A stretch of 64,000 nt of DNA from Harriotta raleighana (lineage: Eukaryota): the NCBI GenBank assembly GCA_050575255.1, contig JBNZDD010013608.1, positions 834,608-898,607 of the forward strand, read 5' to 3'. Shown one piece after another: positions 54,073-64,000 of the stretch. Within the stretch, counting starts at the first letter, position 1. The number at the start of each line of letters is the position of its first letter. Made by a program: the position numbers and the translations under genes. The notes under the pieces were generated by a model. The model was given only the letters and a program-made list of their open reading frames with translations, ran no database searches and was not told the origin of the DNA.

Positions 54073-55193
54073 ATATATTATAGACTGAACAATGGCAACA
54101 CCTCTAAGAGTGCTTTTAGAAACCAGCTCTGTTGTTCTCAGTGAGAGAAGTTGAACCACCCCAGAAGCAAAACAAATGGGTAACTTGACCTTGTTCTATT
54201 GGTTAGTAAGCCACAGATATAGGATGTGTATTTTGGGGCTTTTTTTTGTCATTGAGAAAGATTGCAAACAGACTGCATTCAGCGAAATTAGTTTGCTGTA
54301 CCGATTTGCTTTACCTAGATGAGCACTTTGAGAAGCCCTCCTGATGTGATAAGCGCAATATAAATGTAAATTTTATTCCATTGAAACATTTATTGGTGTG
54401 GTTCATCGAGAGAATACAGCCCTCGCTTGACTGTGCCACCCCCTTGTATGTTATTTTCCATGGCTCTTTTCCTCTTGTTTACCATTTCACAAGCAAATGG
54501 CTTTCCTCTTACATTGAACCCAAAATTAATTAAAATTGATCTCTCCAAATAAATGAGTGAATTTTTCCCCCTCCACTCTTGCAGGTGGTGACTCATGCTG
54601 GGTGACGCATTTCCTTTGGTATTGGCAGCCCTGCAGTGATACTACCCTGTATTAGCCCTACATTTATGAGCCTCAATACTGAACATTGGTTGACAAGTTC
54701 AACAGAGGTATCACAGCTGGGGCTCACAAGACTCTTTAGGATACCAATTGTCGTGCATTATTATGCAAATTCTAGTCATTGTAATTCGTGCGTGGTAAAA
54801 AGGAGTTGCAAATTGATACCATATTAAATGCAGAAAGAAAATTTGAATTCTGTGATATCGTTATCCCATCTATTTGAGGATACCAGAAATATTTTAGTAG
54901 CAGAATCTAAAGTGCAGCAGGATTTAATGTTTTTTTCTAAAAAAAATAGTTTCTGAGGAAGCTATCAATTAAGAAATGTTTGTCAGTTCTGTTCACTTTC
55001 TCAAATTTAATTCACAAATCCTGTCCAGAGAGCCGCATGCTTCAGTAGACATTGCAGAAACTAGGGTGCAGTTTGAAAACTCAGGGAGTCCTATCAGGCC
55101 TCAAAGGGCCAGTGTAACTTTTAAATTGTTGGAAAATAATCTCTTAACATCACTCCAAACAAAAGAAAGCATTTCCAATATGAACTACTTATC

Positions 55194-55320
55194 CTCCATG
55201 GAAACACCCGCCTGAATGGCATGCAGAGTTGTGAGATCTTGGTTTCAACTCGAGATCGAATCGGAGCTGAGATCTCACAAATCTGAGTGATGTATAAATA
55301 CTGAAAGTGTTTCCATGGAG
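55194..55320. repeat. Nested palindrome: perfect 14-bp outer inverted repeat and ~30-bp imperfect inner stem
   Basis: ctccatggaaacac/gtgtttccatggag; inner arms 55224-55253 and 55256-55285. Confidence 0.85.
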
Positions 55321-55459
55321 AAAATTATTTGAATCGTATTTGTCGGTGCCTATACCATGGTAAACATTCTCTTCAAGGACTTTGCTTCCCCATTGGTGCT
55401 TCTGTATGTTGCACTATCATATGGTGTATAACTTTCTTGTTGCATTGTTGAAGTGGGTT

Positions 55460-55935
55460 TTGGTCTCTTGGCACCAACACACTGATCTCAAAGACAGAAG
55501 CTTGTGGGTTCAAAAATCATGTTGGGATTTTGAGTTCATAAGTCCATACAACAACAACAACAACAAAATTACACTTGTATAGCGCCTTTCACGTCGGGAG
55601 GACATCCCAAAGCGCTGAACAGTACAGTGCTTGGGACATTGCTGAATTGTCAATGGTGTAATTCTTTTGATGAGATGTGAAACTGAGTTTCCATCACTTG
55701 GTTAGGTGGACATTAATGGCACGATTCTAAAAGAAAAGGGAGTTTCTGCCAATGCTCTGGCTAATCCCCCAGATAAAATTGATGACTGTCTGTGGCACGT
55801 GGGTGTGGAAAAATTAGCTGTCATGTTCATTTCCAAATACTGTACATAGTCGTTACACTTCTTAATACAGTAATTCCCAGTGAAATACTTGGAGACATTT
55901 CCTAGGCATTACATTAAACACAAAGATTATTATTG
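55460..55935 (+). mobile_element. Deu-domain SINE with a short minus-strand L2 tail inserted (55548-55622)
   Basis: gatgagatgtgaaactgag...ggtggacattaa; (caa)n-aattacacttgtatagcgcc insert. Confidence 0.65.
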
Positions 55936-56189
55936 ATCATAATCTTGAGGAAGACCAAGTTCTCGGAGCAGTCTGGTTCCAATAGATTATGTAACAATCC
56001 TTGAGAAGCATGTCCTTTGCAACAATTGCTACAATATGGAGGTTTAAATTTTACTCAAAGTAAATACACATTTAAACCATTTTTGTGGAAGATGCAATCA
56101 TTAAAACATTGCACATTCCTGTGTTTAAATATCTGTTAAAATCTTGCAACGTTCTTTTCCAGGTGGCAAAGAATATTTCTTTCAATTTC

Positions 56190-56760
56190 AATACAAAATA
56201 CAAGAATACATTTGCGTAGCGCATTTCAGGTTGTTGGGAAGTCCCAAGGCGCTGAACAGGTAGGGATTTGGACCCGACTGGTGTTGGAGTGGGGAGCGTT
56301 GGTATCAGGGAGGTTGAGGCCCGACCAACGATGGTGAGGTGAGCCGGGCGGGGGATGTGGAGCAGCAGGCCAGAGCCTGCTGAGTGGAGGAAGAGGACAG
56401 GTTGATATGGAGTTAGCAGGTCACAGAGATAGGAAGGAGCAAGTCTTAAAGGCAGCAACGAGGATTTTGAACTGTATCCTCCAGAGTGACGTGGAGTCAG
56501 TGGAGCCAGGTGAAGGTGGAGATGATGCGAGTCATAGAGCCTGGTGTGGGAGAGGACATGAGCTGCAGAGTTCTGGATGGTCTGCAGCTTGTGGAGGGGA
56601 GAGTTGGGAAGGGCATCAAGGAGCGAGTTTGTGTCGTCAAGCCTCGTGTGATGCATGCGTGAATGAGTGTTCTGGGGCCTGAGGGCTGAGGCAGTGGTGA
56701 AGACGGGTGCTGTTGCTGAGGTGGTGCAAGTCAGAGCAGGTCATGGCATAGATGTGTCTC
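56190..56760 (-). mobile_element. L2 3' fragment
   Basis: TRLDDTNSLL...LHKLQTIQNSAAHVL...APSYLCDLL. Confidence 0.85.
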
Positions 56761-59700
56761 TTCAACTGAACGGCTGTGTTAAGAACTTCTTCATGTCTGA
56801 AAGCTTGTATACGTGAAAGGTTGTGTGAATGTAAGCACTTATTCAAATATATATCAAAACAGTTGTTAATTATTACTGAAGTTCTGCTTTGGAGACCTTG
56901 GATGTTGGAGAAATCTGAAAAATATTAAATGCCTCTACCCGAGCCTTTTTGTGTGCCTTTAACATTTTAATGCTTTGTAATTGCTGGCAAGGTTATTGTA
57001 CTGGAATAATTTGATACGCCTGGTGTCGTCAATGGACTGTTCCTGCCCTTGTGTCTGTGTTGCCAAAAATAGCAAAGAAGAGTGAAGCCTGCCAGAAACT
57101 ACGTCAGACTTACATTCAAAAATCCAGTATTGTGGCAAAGTTAATAACCAGACATAATAATTCATATAATCCAAAATTATAACATCAAAAGATTATTATT
57201 CCAAAATTGTTGCAATGCAGAGCCAGATAGATAATCTTACAGCCCACTCCATTCCATCTATGTGAATATAACCCACTAATTATTGACCAGAAAGTTGGTG
57301 GGAAATGCTCTTAGCTTCTGCTCTGCATATTCAGATTAAGACAAACTTAACAATGTCTTCGGACTATTTACTACTCTTCATAAACTGGGTTGGTTTACCA
57401 GGTGAAAGCAGTGATGCAAGATTTCAATTGATCATTGATTCATGACCCAAGAACAATGAGATATTTGTAAATAGATAATTTTGGACGTACAATCCCTACA
57501 CTCTGGAATGCTGATCAGACCGTGATCCTCTTGCTGGGTCCCAGTTGACATATTAGACTGCAAAAGTAAAACCTGAGTTTGTCAACCAGGCACAGCTGGG
57601 TATTTGCTATTCATGAGTCAATTCAAAAAGATTGCAAATTAGACCTTTTTGTTATATCCTGTCGTCTGTTTGCTTTCTATTCCCAATTTGGCTCCACTTT
57701 CTTCTTTTCAAGGACCATTTAGTGTTAACAGACCTTCCTCTAAATAGAGCAGGTGGGCACTCTGGGCCATAGATTTTTGAAGATTATTGTCCGTCCCTGT
57801 GTCTCTCCACCATAATTACCCAGAAAGTGCTACAATGCTCTCTGTTGATGATTGCAATAGTACAATTTGTAAATTGAAAACTACAATCTTAAACTGCTTG
57901 AATTCAATTTAAAGAAAACCCATTTTATTCCGATTTTCTTGCCTTTAAATGTTATTTAGATTTGCCTCTACCAAAAGATAGGAATGACTTGAGGGAGGGG
58001 AAGGCAGCAATCTACTGACTGGTTTCAACCAACGCTGCTTTGGAGCTGATGCAAGAGTGCCATGATGTACAGTTTTTGAGTACATGTACTTTGCTGCACA
58101 GTATTCGAGAACTGTACAGGATCTAATTCAAAATTCTCATCCTCACATTCAAGGCCCTCCATGGCCTTGCCCCACCCCACCCTCATTTGGATCCAAATCC
58201 CTGAATGACTGTTCCGCACCTTGGGATGTCCTCCCAACATGCAAGGCGCTTTACAAATATAATTTGGTATTGTATTACTATATTTTATTCCATTCCTCTT
58301 GCACCAATTAGTATGAAAGGTAGTAGCTGCATTGTTGTAGAACCATTGGTAAGTTTCTCACTGAGAATATTAGTAAATTCCACTCTGCTAACTGCCTCCA
58401 AAGGTTGGCCTCCCATGCAATCCAAGGTTAAGAGCTCAAGTGTGGGAATTATGCATTCAATTCTGTATCCTCAAACACTATGGTGCAGTAAATTGCACCA
58501 TTGCTCCACATTAACATTGCCATTCTGCTGGATTTATTGCTTCAATAAGATAAAGGACTAAAACTGTGTTTTTTATTCTCCAACTCCCCGACCCAACTCA
58601 TAGGTTACTAGAATTTTGTTTCCATATTTGAAAGCTGTTCTCAAGCTTGTTCTCTAATGTTTCTAGATTTAGACAGATTTTTATGCATTTATTGATCAAC
58701 TAAATAAAATGTGTAAATAGAATAAACCCAAATTATTTTTAGAATGGATTGGCCCTGGATTAATGAATAATAATGCTTGGGTTTCATGTAGCACCATATT
58801 GTGTTCTGAATAGACTGAATTACAGTGAAGTGTAGTGGCTGTTATGTCATTAAATATAACAACTAAACTGTGCCAGGAACCTTGCACAAACTGTAATGAG
58901 ATGAACAGCCAAGTTTGATTTACTATCGCTCAATTTAATGAAATGGCACATATTTTGTGAGTACCTTTTGTGAGAGGATCTGTGTTTTTTAATTATTACT
59001 CATTGCTCCATTAGAATTAACTAGCTCCATCAGAATGAAGTATTTTCCTTGAGTGAGAGAAAAGCAGGGTCTCCTTAGAGCTGAACTGGCTCCAAGGTGA
59101 CTTGTCTGGCAATGGAATAGCATAATTGAGCCAATCCTCTGTGGTGGTCTCAATAGTCCAGTTCCTGAGCCAGGGAGGTTTGAAGTACTCCAGGGCATCG
59201 TTGATGACAGCACAGCCAGGTTGGTTCATTGGCAGGACTAGGAAGGGCAAACAAGCTATGGGGGGCGGTGGAAGGATGTTTCTTTCTACTTAGCTCTTGT
59301 TATCTGTGCAAGCCAAAACTCTTGACGGGTGGGGTGATTCTTCCTGGACAAGTAGCGGGAAAGTTTGCCAAACAGTGATTTGAATGGCAAGCTATGTGGT
59401 TTTAAGCTAATTAAACTCCAGCAGTACCCCAACGCACATTCTGGGGTCCCCAGTCCTTGCCATCCTGTGCCCAATACTCTCCAAACAGAATGCAACCCTC
59501 TGGGGAGTTAGTGAGCTTTCAATTCCAATTAACATCTCTTGTATTCCATGTATAGGTGTGGTGTACAGAACTCTGTTTGGTTTGGATATCTTAAGCATGG
59601 GTATGTGTATTATCTATATGTCCAATACCTAGCTGACCATAGAACATTTCTGAATGAAAAGATATCTTCAATAATTTTATGTCAGTTTGGCTTGGTTGAT

Positions 59701-60394
59701 GCAATTTTCTTCTCTGAATCAAAAGGTTGTGGGTTCAAACTCAATTTGAGGACTTTCACCATATTTCACTGCTATGCACAATTGGCTGCTGAGTTTTGCT
59801 CACTAAATTAGTCAATTCACTTTCTAATATATTCTGTGAAGCGTTTTGAGAAGTCTCAACGAGTTGACAAAACACTATCAAATGCAAGGATTATTGTAAG
59901 TATTATTATAAACTGGAGAATATTACATAGTTTGGAAGTGATGTCATTCAGATGAATTGGTAAATCAAGGCACCATCTGCCTGTTGAGGTGGATGTTAAT
60001 GATTTTGTGCCACTATTCAAAAACAAAAGGCATTTCTCCTATTGTCCTAACCACCATTACCCCAGAAAAAAATTATTCACTTCATGGCTATTTGTGGGAC
60101 ATCATTTTGCCTGCAAAATACAGTCATTACACTTTACAGTATTACATGTGAAGTGTTTTGAATAAATCCTAATGGGAAAGGTGCTATATTAACTATAAGG
60201 ATTATCCTCATTATTATTAATAATAAACTGGAAATTAGAATACATTTCCTAATTTCCAGGTTTTTCCAACACTGTCATGCATATGCCGGCAGGAACCAGC
60301 TCTCAATTTTTCACTTCTATAATCCCTGTAGTGATTTTTCAGGCATTTGCTGTCACTGATTACTCTATGATGTTGGTCTGGCACAGTCGGTAGG

Positions 60395-60900
60395 CATCTT
60401 GCATCAGAGTGAGTAGGTTGTGGAGTCAAGACCCATATTAGGACGTTGAGCTCATAGTCTGGACTTCACTTCAATATGGTGCTGCGGGTGCATTGCTTTA
60501 TCGAAGGTGTTGTCATTCAGATCAAGGTCCCTTCTGATGTTAAAGACTGCATGGTACCATTTTCCCCAGTGTCCTGGCCAACTGTCTGGAATTTCAGCAG
60601 AACCCACAACTTTCTGACTCGGAGGAACGAGTGCTTCCAACTGCTGATACCTGATTGATATTGATAGACACCAGAGCCCCACGTTATCCTTTGGTTGTAA
60701 ATCTCAATCTGTGTCTCATTCCTGGGCCGTGCACCCCACACCTTGTTCTATGGAGTACTGTAACTGGATGTGAGTGCATGTCCATGATATCGCCCACAAA
60801 ATATACAGTCAATTTGTTTTACAGTATATTCTGTGAAGTGCTTTGAGGTGTTCAGAAGATGTGAAAAATGCTATAATCAAATGCAAGGATTATTTATTAT
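60395..60900 (+). mobile_element. Deu-domain SINE remnant
   Basis: tRNA-like head, gatgttaaagactgcatgg...ccagtgtcctggccaa, SINE tail. Confidence 0.6.
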
Positions 60901-61488
60901 ATCCCTCACTGAATACTTGGTTTCACTGTGATCATATGCCAGGAATGGTTAGCTCCTGTACTTACCCACACGAAAGAGAACACCCCATCCCTCCACCACA
61001 CATGCTGTAAATTGTATAGATAATGGGAGCACTTTTACTATGGTTGGTGAGATTATGCAATCTATTAATAGCAATCTATTAATAGCATTCCCTAGCTTTC
61101 TCTTACTGGACAGAAGAGAAGGAGAGGAAGAACATTAATCTTCAGCTCCAGCAACATCCAACAGTATGGGGAGGTGGGGGGATGGTCAGGCCAAGAGAAG
61201 GATCAGAAACATAGAGAAATAGGTCGCAAGTGAAAGGAAATAGATTGCCAGTGGATATCAAGCTGTATAGTAACTTTTCAGAATAAAGCTCAAGTAGATT
61301 ATAACTGTCATCTGAACCAATTGATCATTTTACAGTCTTGAACCCTGGTATCTGCTATTGTTATATTATATATGGTAAATTGCTTTGGTTTTTATTTAAT
61401 TTTTTAAAACTTTGTGTGTAATCTTTGTCTACTATGTGGTATGTGTGCTTGTCAAGTAATCCATTCTGTTTGAATCTTATTTGATGTA

Positions 61489-61964
61489 CAGTAAAAGCTT
61501 GTTTATCTGGCACCCAAACCACCGGAATGCTCAACCCCAACCAGTATCTCCCAATACAATTCACCATTCCAGCAAACAGATCTCATACCGGAGCCATCCG
61601 GGACATTCGCGCGTATGCTCACTTTGTGCACGCGTGCATTGTGTGCGCATGTGCACTTATTAAACTTAACGAACGCTGGAATTTTTATTTTACTGATCAT
61701 TTCATTATATTGGAATGCTTTATTGGTAAGCACCCATACAATATTCTGTTATTTAGTCTATTATTAATATGGTATGTTTTAAAATAAAAAAANATATTGG
61801 AATGCTTTATTGGTAAGCACCCATACAATATTCTGTTATTTAGCTATTATTAATATGGTATGTTTTAAAATAAAAAAATTTAGTGTAGGATTTTTGGCAA
61901 CTTGCCGCTCGAATATCCAGCATATTTAATTAACCAAGGGTGCTGGATAATTGAGGTTTTACTG
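61489..61964. mobile_element. Tigger/pogo-like MITE
   Basis: ta|cagtaaaagcttgtttatctggcac ... gtgctggataattgaggttttactg. Confidence 0.8.
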
Positions 61965-62111
61965 GATTTGTTTATTACTATTGCCCCAAATTCACTTACA
62001 AAGTCTGATGACTTTCACGTCTGGAGGACTTTTAATGGTAAACCTTGTGAAGCAATTTGAGACATTGTTCTGATGTCCAATTCAAGGTTTATTATAACAA
62101 TGTTATTATTA

Positions 62112-62545
62112 GGGTGTTAATTTGGCTCAGCTGGTAGGACTCTCACTCTGAATCATGAGGGTGTAGATTCAAATTCTGAATTGGGACTTTGAACTCACAG
62201 TTCTAGGCTGACAACAACACATTACATTTGTATAGCTGCACAGTTAGAGTTGATGTCCTTCAGATGCAGGCTACATCTGCCTATTCAGGTGGATGTTAAA
62301 GATCCTACAGCAATATCTGAAATGGAACGGGAGCATCTTCATGTGTCCTGGTTAACAATCTCCCAAATAAAAATAATCAAATAAAAGTGATTATTATTAT
62401 TGTCGCTGATTTCATAGCTGTTTGTGGGCAAATTGTCTTCCCTGTTTCGCTCACAAAACATACAATCAATTTTCTTTATAAAATATTCTGTGAAGTGGTT
62501 TGAGACATCTTAACAACACAATAAGCTGCTATATTAGTATTGTTA
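62112..62545 (+). mobile_element. Deu-domain SINE
   Basis: tggctcagctggtagg head; caggtggatgttaaagatcc...gtgtcctgg core; tail. Confidence 0.7.
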
Positions 62546-63019
62546 CATTTATAAATTTCAAAGAATTCATGGTGAGAAAATCTGTCTCAATCTAGATTTA
62601 CCCTGGCAGATTGTGCACCAACAGTGCTGGGCGTGGTTCATAAAACTAAAGTTAAATTACATGAACGTAACTAACATAGGAAATAATGTCTGTCAAACAA
62701 GTTATCTTATGGTTATTAGATAATTTCTACACAATTAATTATTTTCAGACTCCCAGTAACTTAATTTTTTTCCCCTGACATGACAGACTCCAATTATTTG
62801 CTATTTGATGTACTTCATTATTATGAAGGTATTGTTCAAGATCCCATGGCACTATTTGAGAAGAGAAGAGAGTTTCTCCAGGTGTCCTGGCAACAATCTC
62901 CCAATTATATTGGTCTCTCAATTCAATGCTGTTTGTACTATGTTACTGTACCAAATTGGCTGGTATGTTTGCCTAGAAAATATATAGTCACCACACTTTA
63001 CAATGAATCCTGTGGAGTA

Positions 63020-63822
63020 CAGTAAAACCTTGTTTATTCGTGAATTGATGAACTGAAAAATCCGTTCAACCGCCACCTAAAAAAAAGTCCCGATTCGATT
63101 AACCGTAAGTTATCCGGCAAATAGTGATTGCGTTCAATGAATGGACTTTTCCAAGAGAGTGCAGTACTTGCGAGTGCAGTACTCGCGGTTGGCCACTAGG
63201 CGTGTCTAAACTGGTGAGACGCTCAGAGCCCTGGAGCAGCAGCCATTTTTTCAGGTGAGGGAGAGGGACACACAGATAGAGGGACACCCACACACAGATA
63301 GAGAGACAGACACAGATCGACACACACACACACAGAGACACACACACACTCAGATACAGAGAGGGAGGAAGAGACAGAGACACAGACAGATGCACACACA
63401 CAGACAGAGAGAGACACACACCTGGACACAGAGAGAGAGAGAGAGAGAGACACACACATACACACCCACAGAGAGGAAGAGAGAGAGACCACAGAGAGAG
63501 AAAAAGTCGCAATTTTTCCAACCTCGTTCGTTTTTATCTTGTTAATGGAAACTCACGCATAGTAATGCTTGTCCCAGCATCACAACACAGAAGTTGCTAC
63601 ATTGGTCGATTTGACCTAAAATAAGGCGGGTGAGGGCTGCGATTGCAAAGTTAAGTATAAATAAAAATACTAACAACATTCTGTTGTTATTTAGTCTATT
63701 ATTAATATGGTATGTGTTAACATAATTTTTGTAATTTAAAAAAAAAAATCCGTTCAACCGGAAAAACGATTTAACCGCTACTGGTCAGGTCCTGTGGGTG
63801 CTGGATAAACGAGGTTTTACTG
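63020..63822. mobile_element. Tigger/pogo-like MITE with TA target duplication, inserted into a SINE tail
   Basis: TIRs cagtaaaaccttgtttattc / ggataaacgaggttttactg (18/20 match), TA on both sides; the SINE tail resumes afterwards. Confidence 0.88.
63258..63503. repeat. Compound (CA)n/(GA)n microsatellite inside the MITE
   Basis: Visible directly in the sequence. Confidence 0.95.
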
Positions 63823-64000
63823 TACTTTGAAATATCCTCCCAATATCAAATGTAAGGTTTATTATTTTTTATTGTTTTAAAATTTACTTCTTATTTCACT
63901 GAAATTTCTGATTGGGTACACTGGTATTCTGTGTTATGATTTTTTAATTAAATCTTATTTTGACGTGAGGCAAGGGGCTGGTGTGTGGGTATTGTCACAT

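Larger units (their letters stand above)
1..64000 (+). other. RIMS2: Intronic portion of RIMS2, between exon 1 and the zinc-finger exon
   Basis: Two internal RIMS2 exons at 32.4-32.9 kb. No exon 1 (MPDLSHLTEEER) or zinc-finger exon (KLHQQFE...CGIC) was found in the window. Confidence 0.75.

Noticed and set aside
59070-59260. Possible LF-SINE remnant (ggtggtctcaatagtccagttcct)
   Set aside because: Only a ~25-bp resemblance to a recalled consensus; insufficient without an alignment.
63099-63545. Cys/Val/Ser-rich and Arg/Thr/His-rich ORFs
   Set aside because: Translations of the CA/GA microsatellite.
1-64000. CRISPR arrays, operons, rRNA or other prokaryotic systems
   Set aside because: No regularly spaced repeats, dense coding regions or rRNA; the sequence is vertebrate intron.

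Overview
Vertebrate genomic DNA, not prokaryotic. The repeat content (tRNA-derived SINEs with L2-type tails, Deu-domain SINEs, L2, CR1, Penelope, Tigger-like MITEs) points to a cartilaginous fish, probably a chimaera or elephant-shark relative (inference). The window appears to lie inside the large 5' introns of RIMS2 on the + strand. Two short phase-2 cassette exons (32367-32399, VKEEQKPQQQQ; 32810-32896, WLPFSGITELVNNVLQPQQKQQNEKESQ) match the N-terminal splice-site-A insert of RIM2-alpha. Exon 1 and the zinc-finger exon were not found in the window. The rest is AT-rich intron with many transposon remnants and several N-flanked assembly duplications. The best new leads are unverified: a CpG-rich candidate alternative first exon with a phase-compatible donor (45644-45708), a candidate truncating exon at 6008, a decayed Penelope hammerhead ribozyme, and several hairpins or inverted repeats. 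Almost all ORFs in the supplied track are TE-derived or chance. Repeat boundaries are approximate, and family names come from recalled consensus sequences rather than a database search.
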